Shown in pieces: positions 9,747 to 20,094 of a stretch of 64,000 bases of DNA. Origin of the DNA: Azolla caroliniana (Eukaryota > Plantae > Polypodiophyta). Below the pieces are notes generated by a model. That model saw only the letters and a program-made list of their open reading frames with translations, was not told the DNA's origin and ran no database searches. Made by a program: the position numbers and the translations under genes. Where the stretch lies: positions 2,604,001-2,668,000 of the forward strand of contig JBHGNT010000006.1 in NCBI GenBank assembly GCA_043228905.1. The letters run 5' to 3'. Position 1 is the stretch's first letter. Each line of letters begins with the position of its first letter.

Positions 9747-11329
9747 AACCCTAGGCATGTAACGTCCGTCCCTATTAGTGGTTCCATTTCATCTGGTCAA
9801 GTTAGTCGAGTTTTCTTTGCACAAGTTGAGCTTAACACATCTAGGTGCCATCGAGTCCTAGCTTCTGCCCTCTTAGACTCTGGAGCCAACTCTTGTTTCA
9901 TGGGTCGTGAGTTTGCTGTAATGCATAATATTCAATTGCATAACCTCCCAAGCCCAGTGTCAGTCGGAGTCATTGATGGACGCCCCATAGCATCAAGTGA
10001 TATAGTTGAAGAGTTTGAACCAATTCATGTAGTCTTAGGCAATTTGGCTAGTGTCATCTCATTCAACATCATTAGTAGTCCAGAACACTCCCTAGTTCTT
10101 GGTCTTCCATGGTTTGAGCTACATAACCCAACTATTGATTGGAGAAAAAGAACCATTGAAGAGGTCACAATACAATCTGAGGCTCTTAAAACTCCAACAA
10201 AGGATATGACATTCCAAAAGATTTTGACAATCTCTATACATCAATTAAGTGAGGAAGGACGGAAGGAAGACATGTTGGTGTTCGCAGTTTTAGCAACTCC
10301 CACATCGAGCTCACAAGAATTGGGGGTCCAACTACCGAAGAAATATATCGAATTCTCCAATGTGTTTGATAAGGTGAAGGCCAATAGACTACTAGAGCAT
10401 CGACCATATGATTGCCCGATTGATTTGCAGCCCGAAAGGAGCCTCCATGGGGGCCAATTTATAACCTTTCACCCACGGAGTTAGAGGTTCTTCGGGAATA
10501 TATCGATGAGAACTTGGCGAATGGGTTTATCCAGCATTCAAGATCTCCTGCCAGCGCACCCATATTTTTCGTTAAGAAGAAAGATGGTTCGCTTCGTCTG
10601 GTCATGGATTATCGAGGATTGAATAAAGTAACTATTTGAAACCGATATGCTCTACCATTGATTTCGAGCCTTTTGGAACGCCTCAATAGAGCTAAGTATT
10701 TCACAAAGTTAGATCGTCGAGGTGCTTACAATCTTGTTCGAATTCATCCTGGGGATGAATGGAAGACTGCTTTCCGTACTTGCTATGGCCATTTTGAGTA
10801 TACAATGATGCCATTTGGTCTCACGAATGCACCAATAGTTTTCCAACATATGGCGAATGACATTTTTTGAGATTTCCTCGATATTTTCGTCATAATTTAC
10901 CTGGATGATATCTTGATCTACTCAAAAACTCAAGAGGATCATGATATACACGTTCGACAAGCTTTGCAATGGTTGCATGAATATGGTCTCTATGCAAAAT
11001 TGGAGAAGTGCAGTTTCGACAAGCGTCAAGTGGAATTTTTAGGGTACATAGTCTCTTCACATGGCATCTCTATGGATCCAGCAAAGGTTCAAATAGTTTT
11101 GGATTGGCAAACACCACAGTCTATGCGAGATGTACAATGTTTTTTAGGGTTCGCAAACTTTTATCGCAAGTTCATCAAAGATTATTCAAAGATTGTATTG
11201 CCCCTCACTCAACTGACACAGAAGAATCGACCATTTGTGTGGAGTATAAATGCAAACTCTGCATTTGAAGGATTAAAGCAAGCATTTACATCCACACCAA
11301 TTTTGATGCACGTTGATCCATTGAAGCGT

Positions 11330-12072
11330 TGTCGTGATGATTTTCATCCATAGTGAGAAAACCGAGCGGGATAGAGAAAATGGGGATGTGCAACGTTGCA
11401 CATGCACTCATACATTTGTATATAAAAATAAGATAACAAAATGTAAAGGGGAAGGGCATTAACCTAAGGTGCTAAAGGTGCTCCACGGAGTTTGTTAAGT
11501 GTAAATGTGATGTGCACTTGGTGGACTAGATAGAGGTACGTGAAGAATAAGTGAAGGGAGTAATGGGCATTGAATAGGACGGCTAGAGGAGTGAGAGTTA
11601 TGGCCAACGATCTCAAGATCGAGATCAAATATTCTCCTTTGAAAAGGAGAAGGGGGTTTGACCACTCTTGTAATGTGCCTCACCCCTTACTACTATAAAA
11701 GGGAGTGAGGGGTCACTTTGGAAGGGGTTGCCTATTTTGCGTATGAGAGGTATACCACTTAGTCTAGAGTTATTACCGCTTTAGGGTTAGGGTTTCGTTT
11801 AAGGTTTTCCTTACTCATCTTTGGTTAGGGTTTTCTCATAGTTTTGGTGCGGCCCATGCGGCCACCATTGTTGTAATCATTTGTTTGTTTTAATATAACT
11901 TGTTGAGTATATTGCCTCCATCGATCTCTCCTTCTATGTCATGGTCTTATTCTTTCCTCTTCTCCTCTTGAGCTAAGCTTCCATATCATATCTTATTCTT
12001 TCTCCTCTACTCCCTAGTCCGAGACCCCCGTGGTCCCGCCCCTTCTACACGCACGCGCGTAACAACGCGACA
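11330..12072. mobile_element. Solo LTR D (743 bp) inserted at the RT/RNase H junction of C
   Basis: Termini TGTCGTG...CGCGACA; 4-bp TSD GCGT (11326-11329 and 12073-12076). Removing it restores DPLKR/FILEANASDFALG. TATAAAAGG near 11694 suggests + orientation. Confidence 0.85.
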
Positions 12073-14447
12073 GCGTTTTATACTGGAAGCTAATGCATCC
12101 GACTTCGCACTAGGAAGCGTATTATCCCAAATTAGCAATGAGGCCAACTACACCCTGTGGCTTTTCATTCACGGAAATTCGAAGCTACAGAAATCAACTA
12201 TGAGATTCACGACAAAGAGCTTCTTGCCATTGTGGATTCTTTTCAACAATGGCGTCATTTTTTGGAAGGTTCTTCTCAACAAATCATTGTCTATAATGAT
12301 CACAAAAATCTAATGTACTTCCAAAGTGCTCGAGTCTTGAGTCATCGACAAGCTCGTTCGGCGTAGTTTTTAACTCGTTTTGACTTCGTAATTCTATATC
12401 GCCCTGGGACGCAACAAGGAAAAGCAGATGCTTTATCTTGGCGTCCATATATGGAACTTCAACCAGGAGAGGCCACATTTGAAAGTCAGAAGCAAATCCT
12501 CTTGGGTCCTGACCGTCTACGACTAATGGCTTTTCATGCTATAGACACACCCGAGGATTCAAGTCTTCTGGACTCCATTCGGCAGCATATTGAGACTGAT
12601 GAATTCGCCCAAGATATTCTGAACCATATTATCCCAAATCGTGCTTCTTGTTCACAATCTCAAAATCCTCGTCAAGACTACAACCAATTCAATTGGCATG
12701 ATGGTTTACTTTTTTGACAAAATCTCTTATATGTGCCTGATGGTCCTTCACGACTCCAAGTCTTGCAACAATGTCATGACACACCAATGGCTAGACATTT
12801 CGACATCCACAAGACTTTGGTGTTAATTTCTCGAAGGTATTGGTGGCCACGACTTCGCCATTTTGTTACGGATTATGTTCGTAGTTGTGATACATGTTGC
12901 CGATCCAAAAAACCTTAACATCATCCATATGGCTTATTACAACCAATGCCTATTCCTGCGAGTCCATGGAAATCTATTTCATTGGACTTCGTTACGGATC
13001 TACCACCTTCCAAGGGTTTTGATTCTATTCTCACGGTAGTAGATCGTTTTACCAAGATGGCACATTTTCTTCCCTACACAAAGGCCATTACGAGCCAAGA
13101 GACAGCCGAGTTACTCATGCGAGAGGTGTTTCAGTATCATGGTCTTCTTGATGATATTATCAGTGATTGGGGTCCCCAGTTCATCTCAAAATTTTGGCGG
13201 CACATGTTCAAACTCTTACATACTTCTTGCAAACTCTCTTCCGGCTACCATCCAGAAACTAACGGATAGAGTGAGCGCACCAACCAAACAGTAGAACAAT
13301 ATCTTCGTTGTTTTGTCAACTATCAACAAGATGATTGGGATGATCTATTACATTTGGTGGAATTTGCTTACAACTCAGAACATTCCTCTACTGGATATTC
13401 CCCATTTTTTGCAAACATTGGGTACCATCCTCGTTGGACTATGCTTGAACATCCCGAACTCCCGACAAACCTGGTTGCTTAAGATCGGCTCACCCGACTC
13501 CAAGAAGTTCAAGATATCCTTTTGCACCATTTATGTGATTGCTCAAAACACTCAAAAGAATGTTGTCGATCATCATTGATGTGATTCATCGACTACGTTT
13601 CAAGCGGGAGATCGAGTATGGCTTTTACAAGGTCGCATTCCGACCTTGCTGCAAATTGGATTATCAACGTTTTGGCCCATATGTGATATCTAGTAAGATC
13701 AATGATGTGGCATTTCGCCTTGATCTTCCCCCTCATATGCATCTTCACCCGGTCTTCCATGTTTCCCTTTTGGAGCCGTACACAACCAGCTCTATTCCAT
13801 GCCATCTTACATCTCCCCCACCTCCAATCGAAGTTTCGGATGGCTTGGAATATGAAGTTGCTGCCATTCTCAACTCCAAGATCGTTCGCAACAAACTGTA
13901 TTATTTGGTTGACTGGTTAGGTTATACACCTAATGATCAAACATGGGAACCTCTTGAGAATCTTGCTAATGCCTCTGAAATGGTTGTTGCGTTTCACAAC
14001 AAATATCCCCATAAGCCAAGTCCGAAATCTTGTCTTCCGACTCGTGGAACTCGTCGTCGAAAAGGGGGGATAATGTCATGACGACATACATTTTGGCCTT
14101 ACAAGGATTCGAGCCCAAGATGTCTTGGTCTACATGTTAGACCTTTAACCATTATACTAATATATATTATGTATAGTTATAATAAATGTATTATTATTAA
14201 TTAGTTATTACAAGATATTTAGAGTATTTTGTAACATTCTAGGATATTCCATGATTATATTAAATATCATAAATATCATAAATATCTAAAATATTCTAGA
14301 ACAATCTAGAATACTCCATAAGGACCTATAAATAGGTGTTTATTCATTCATCACAACTCATTCGGTTCAACACTAGTTTGTAACCCCTTAGCCTACTCTT
14401 TGTAATCCTTGCTCTCTTATAATATAAACTCTCTTTCCATTTCTAGT

Positions 14448-14507
<60 letters not shown>

Positions 14508-16645
14508 ATTGTAATCTTATTTTTCTCTCTCCTATTCTCAAATCACGACAGGGCATATGCTTCTCGTTCAACATGGCCCTTGCTACTTTGAGGATGTGCT
14601 GATTCATGCGTTCGGCTACACCGTTCCGTTGCGGTGTGTGTCGCCAAGTGAATTCTCGCCGAATTCCTTCTTGGCAAAGATATGCCATGAACGCATCGAA
14701 GAAGTATTCCTTTCCTCCGTTCAACCGAAGACATCGTACATGGCGGCCAGATGTCTTTTCAACTTCGCGTTTGAATTTTTGAAAGTGTATAAACACTTCA
14801 CTCTTCATCCTCATGGGAATGATCCATGTTTATCTAGAGAAGTCGTCGATGAAGGAAACATAGTATCGACATCCTCCGAATGTGGCCGTCTATACAGGTC
14901 CCCACACATCCGAGTGGATCACATCTAGGAGGCCTTTGCTCACATTTTGCTCCTTTGGAAATGGGTGCCGATGTTGCTTGCTGAATTGGCATGCTTCACA
15001 TACTCCTTCAATCTCTTTCTCTTTGAACGTCGGAAGTCCAATGACGACTCCTTTTGATTGCATGCCCTTGAGTTTGTTGAGATTGATATGGCAGATTCTT
15101 TTGTGCCACAACTCTATGTTGGTGTCTGCTTTGAGGCCCTTTGCAAACATTGCCGATTTTACCTCATTCGATTCTAGGATAAACATTTGTCAGCCTTCCT
15201 TCTCGATGAAGCAACCACCTTGATTGAATCAAACTTGCATGCCTTGCTCAACAATTTGGCCGACTAAGACCAAATTCTTTGTTATGGTCAGTACATGCAA
15301 GACATTTTTGATGCAAGTTTGTTCGTCGTCTCTCCCAAATGGGACATTGCCGACATACCGAATCGGATGAGTAGTGTCGCGTCTGGTTTTGACATAGTCG
15401 GGTCGATCCGACTCTCGTAAGTCTTGGAACCATTCTTGATGAGACGTCATATGGTTCGAAACACCGGAGGCACTAGTCAAAGTAGAGGCCGACATAGAAT
15501 TGGCTCTATGTCTCATCACGAACATTCTGCCATGGTCGTTATAGTCAAAATTGGTGGTGTAATTGGTGAGTTTTCGGATAGTAGAAGCCGACTCGCGCTT
15601 CTTCTTTCGGCACTCTTCTTCGTGGTGGCCGAGTATACCACAATATCTGCATTCGATTGGATTGTTTTGTCGGTTTTGACCAGCATGGAAACTCCCCCTT
15701 CTTCCAAATGTTCCTCTCGGGTTTCCAACGTCTTGTCGGCAATGGGAGCTCATCTTCCTCATCCTTGGCCGAATCGGTCTCTTCTTGCTCGACCGCATCC
15801 TCTTCCTCCATCCGAGTGTGTATAGGGCATGTGGCCTTCCGAGACATTGCTCTTAGTTCGAACATGATTTTCCTCAATCGATAGCATTCATTGAAGATCG
15901 AAGAAAGAGGGAGGATTCTCCCTTGCTAGAACGACGGTTCTCATCGCGCTGAACCGTGGTGCGAGGCCGCCGAGTCATATTTGCACCATCTCGTCATCAT
16001 CTACATTGACGCTTATTGAGCCAACTGAATCACAAAGCCCCTTGATCTTCAAGGTGTAGCTTGTCATGGACATATCCCTTTGTTGGATATTATTCAACTC
16101 TTGATGGAGTTGAAGCTTTCTTACGGTTGTGTTGGCCGCGAAAATCTTCCTAAGATTCTCCCATGCTTCCTTCGACGTCTCAGCGTCTCAGCTTCTCGAA
16201 TTTAGTTGAGCATGTGGTCATGAATACATTACATGTCGCCAAGCAATACACTACCCAACTCGCCACTTGCTCCCATGTTCAGTAGTCGGCGTCCTTTGGG
16301 TCGAGTTGATTTTTTTGTGTTCCTTTGATGTACCTCCAATAACCTTTACCGACAAGGTTGTGGTGCATCTTGTACTCCCAATATGCAAAATTGTTTCAGT
16401 CCAACTTCTCGCTAGGGAGAGTGCTCCCCATTTGAGTATTCATGGTGTTCGATGTAGATTTCTTCCTTCTTCTTCTCTCTTGAATACGAGCTATGTAGCG
16501 GCACTACGATAGCAATGAGCCGGATTTCTTTGAATCGTCGGCGTAGACACACTCCACGAGGATGGGCTAGATGGAGCTACCAAATCACTCTGATACCATG
16601 TAAAGAATCGTCACTGGTGATTCTGTGCAGTGAAATAGGTTAGAG

Positions 16646-16692
<47 letters not shown>

Positions 16693-17016
16693 AGAAGTGG
16701 CGAGGAGAGAGACAAAAGATAGATAGAATGGAAAATAGAATACTCAAGAAGATGTATATTCCAAAGGAGATTAACCGACACATTACAAAGTAGGAGGAGA
16801 TTGCTTTATATAGTCACCCTCTCTCTTCATTAACTACTGAAGCTCATCAGTTAGAGGGAATGTGGAAACTCATTAGTTATGTGTCATAGAATATGATTCC
16901 ATGACACATAGCTAATGTGTAGAGAGTAGTGGTGACTTTTGACCTTTGAGTGCTCATAGATTCTCAAAGGTGTGTTCACACACTAGTCTAGGTTGAGCTT
17001 GATTCTCAACACTTAG

Positions 17017-18496
17017 AAATCTTCAAATCTTTTGTTTTGCTTTACATTCTTGTGGTGTGTGGCCTGGTCTTTAAATTGAAAATGTTGCAATAAGACTTAG
17101 TGAACTTCATTCCTCCTTTAGTCATTATTAGGTACATTAGTCCATTTGCTCTTGAAATTCTTGTATCTTTGTGGTGTTCTGTAATGAGGCCGATATGCTG
17201 CTATAGCAATTACTTGTGTCGATATGTTTTCTTCTCTTGTCTTTGTCATCGAGTCTTCTTGTCGTATGTCTCCCATGAAGTCTTCCACAATGGCTTGTTT
17301 ATTTAAATTTTGTGTACTTACAAAAGATGACCAATAAGAGGGTAAAGCACCTAATAGTAAACATCTTTGTAGTTTGTTCAAAACGTCCAAACCAAATGTA
17401 ATTCTCTCGTCCAATTTCTTTTCCCAAGTGGTTAGGAAGTTATCTACATCATTTTCATCTTTCATTGTTAATGTGTCATATGCATGTAGTGTGTGCACCT
17501 TTGGTTTATATTGTGTCTTTAATTTCTCCCAAATTTGATGCGAAGTTTGTAGCTTTCTGACTGCTTCTCCTTGAATATCTTATACATGCGCTAACAATTC
17601 CATGTTTGCCACAAGGCCTTTCTCTTCCCAAATAATTTGATCAAGTCTGACGGCAACAAGTTTTGTTGATGCTCCTAATACTACATCCCAAAGTTTGTAG
17701 TGTTGGAATAATAATTCAAGTCGAGCACTCCAAATGCATAATTTTGCTTTGTTAGCTTTACTAATGAAAGTTTATGTTTGTTGAGAATGTTGGTAGGAGT
17801 TGAGGATAATGTGTTTTTTTTATAGAAGAGGGCTATCTGGCTTAGCACTTGTCTTGATGACAAATCGATAGATCAACGCTCCTAGGATTCTCTAGTCTTA
17901 TTGGATAGATGTGGAAATCTATTAATCCAATACCATGTAGAATTTGGCAACTATACAAATAGGGAATGATTGCTAGAGAGATCACAAATACACAAAATTG
18001 ATCTATATTCATTAACATAATGTGTTACATAGCCAAATGGCTTATTTGTACAATGAAAACAATGAGAAAACAGAAATACAAGGACACATGTCAGGTTTTA
18101 ACGTGGAAAACCCTAATCGGGAAAAACCACGGGAGTTCTCAGACTTCGTAACAATTTCACTATGAAGGAAGTGTATATAGTCACTTCATTATCTCCTTAG
18201 ATCACTAAGAGAACACCAACACTCAAGACCACAACCTTGATAATAATTATGTCTCTCTTAGTAGACGACAATATTCAATGAAACATAGAGAACAAGAAGC
18301 AGCTAAACCTTATCTATGTTGAACTGTCGATTTGGTAAGATCGGATTCAAGGGTCCGCACACATACGAGCTCGACCTGCACAACATTGTTCACGCTCACT
18401 TCTCACTAGTTCTCTCTATACACTTTTCGCTGTTATGACACACCCACATTGTTCTGCATAAGCATTTCACTACAAGATGATAATACGATTACAACA
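17017..18496 (-). mobile_element. Old copia element E (gag remnant, decayed PBS, tentative 5' LTR 17936 to about 18496); continues at 4450-4531
   Basis: ORF 17118-17498 is copia gag-like (LLLGALPSYWSSFVSTQN). A knuckle remnant (GHTPQECK) joins across B to NILQPQVHIVEE at 4531-4460. TGGTATTGGA PBS-like sequence at 17935-17926 sits next to TG at 17936. The right boundary is uncertain. Confidence 0.65.
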
Positions 18497-18544
18497 TATT
18501 TAGCTATCAATAGGTTAGTATATACTTAACCAAGACATTCATCA

Positions 18545-18790
18545 TCATGGTCATTAATTATAGGTCTCTTAATTCCTGTCATTTGACAATATAATGGTAA
18601 ACCTACTTTTGGTACAAAATCAGCACCCGTAAATTATCGTTAGGATTATAATTATCAGCAATAGTGTTAGAGCAAGATGAATCGGCAGTCTGAAGAGGGC
18701 TAGAGTATTGGACGGATGAGATCTGATGATGATTGTATTGATGAGGATAACCATCAGTTGTTGGATTAGGGGCTTGGGCACTGTTATGAA
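18545..18790 (-). pseudogene. Relic partial duplicate of the MYB gene (part of exon 3 fused to intron 3 end and exon 4 start)
   Basis: 18630-18790 aligns with 21140-21280 (ISSVQYSSPLQTADSSCS vs [18 protein letters not shown]). 18550-18625 aligns with 20308-20384. Confidence 0.75.
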
Positions 18791-19039
18791 TCAACATATT
18801 AACGTGACCACAATTATATGTTGATGGTTTTATGAATCATTCATATACATATGTGCTTTGTGTTTAATTGAATCCTAGGGCTCAATCCCATGTTAAACAC
18901 AACTATGCACATATATCGTCAATTGTATATCCCACGTTTAATTGACATCAAAACACAACCAGAGTGAATTGCATCTCTAACGTTGAGTCAACTAGTGTGA
19001 ATTCTGCAAATACCCACTCTCTTAGTGTCAAATAACACC

Positions 19040-19320
19040 ATGACAAAACTTGGCAAATCCGAGAAGAGTAACTCCAAATCTAACAAGCAATTAGACATTG
19101 TATGGAACAATGAGTATTATGTTTCACTTGAGTAGTGCAAAAGAAGGAATTTAGGTAATCTTCTGAAGGCAAACCCCGAATCAAAGCTCTCCAAATAAAG
19201 ACCTTCACTACAAGTGTCAAGTTCGAATGCAACGAAGTGTCAAAACGTGAAATCATTAAGCGTTTTCCAATTGCGTTGCAATCGCAATATCGTAAAAATT
19301 GGAGAAACATCACCGGTTGG
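19040..19320 (-). mobile_element. Highly decayed LINE ORF2 fragment (zf-RVT-like)
   Basis: KVFIWRALIRGLP...FFC...HC..QC.IA..IW pattern in ORF 19080-19313. Confidence 0.45.
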
Positions 19321-20094
19321 TCATTTGGAACATTTTGAAGAGAGTGAGCTAAAACCCAATGTTAAGGGCTCAAATAACAAGAATTAAAATTTCCTAAACC
19401 TCCGACAAATACAGATTCCAAATAAGTGTGGCATCCTATTGAACTTATAATTCTCGTTATTTTGCCACAGCTTCTCCACAAACAGTTTTGCCAAACCTTT
19501 TAAAAGCCCGCCAAATCTTCGAGCCACCCACACTAATGATTTTTTCTAAATTTAGTAATGTCGCTCTCCCCTAAACGTCTTGGCCCAGATTATCTTCTAA
19601 ATTTAGTAAGGCCGCTGTTCCTAAACATTTTGGACTAATATTACTGGTATGCTGCGATTCTAACAAGGATCCTGTTTCTGTGGCTTGGAAAAACCCATAG
19701 ATTTATTTATACGTTAAAGTAACAACATCCCACCATTGCTTGAAACACTTATTTCAAATGGGTTCTTTAATTGGGGAACAGACTATAGCCATTAATTACT
19801 CGCCTAATTATCCATATTACATTTGCAGGCATTCAAAATCATCCCATCATGACATTCGCATGCAGTAATTTACTTATCATTGCCTGTAGTACCACTTGCA
19901 CGGCAAAATAGCTCACTAAAATTAATTATCATAACATCTGTCACTTAATTATTAGGAATTAGATCGCAGGGTTTAGAATTTATATTTCAATACATATATA
20001 TATGTATATATACTTGTAATGATGTGAGATGATCATACAATTAGAACAAATTTAGGTGTTAATGGTTATTATATAATTAACCAATGCAACTGGT

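Larger units (their letters stand above)
9699..14081 (+). pseudogene. pol of element C (PR-RT-RH-IN-chromodomain), with multiple stops and interrupted by D
   Basis: ORF fragments 9741-10484, 10658-10870, 10913-11353, 12157-12366, 12733-12918, 12946-13269 and 13539-14081. Chromodomain EYEVAAILNSKIVRNKLYYLVDWLGYTPNDQTWEP. The stop codon falls inside the 3' LTR. Confidence 0.9.
8087..14550 (+). mobile_element. Ty3/gypsy chromovirus C (Tcn1-like), degenerate, containing solo LTR D
   Basis: LTRs 8087-8518 and 14074-14550 (TGTCATGA...TCACGACA). TSD GAGCA/GGGCA. PPT AAAAGGGGGGATAA at 14060-14073. Motifs: gag KFDGTRSQFRGFLNQ and CLYCGGLGHIAMNC, protease LLDSGA, RT YLDDILIYS, RNase [14 protein letters not shown], integrase WKSISLDFVTDLP, GPY, chromodomain. 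Confidence 0.95.
6440..16443 (-). pseudogene. Disrupted gag-pol of copia B (interrupted by element C at 8087-14550)
   Basis: Probable ATG at 16443 (MNTQMGSTLPSEKLD*NNFAYWEYKM). ORF-track fragments: 15516-15728, 14890-15186, 14506-14814, 7242-7955, 6940-7149, 6439-6630. The RT core is deleted near 6870. Confidence 0.9.
4532..17011 (-). mobile_element. Degenerate Ty1/copia element B containing nested insertions F and C
   Basis: 5' LTR 16599-17011 and 3' LTR 4532-6425 (split by F) are clearly homologous (TGTAAAGAAT...GATTCTCAACA). Perfect TSD CTTAG at 4527-4531 and 17012-17016. PBS TGGTATCAGAG at 16598-16588; PPT at 6426-6438. Gag-pol fragments with stops and frameshifts: CRYCGILGHHEEEC, LWHKRICH, HSDVWGP, LHQMDLKNAFLQGEL, DIFTKALG. 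Confidence 0.95.
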
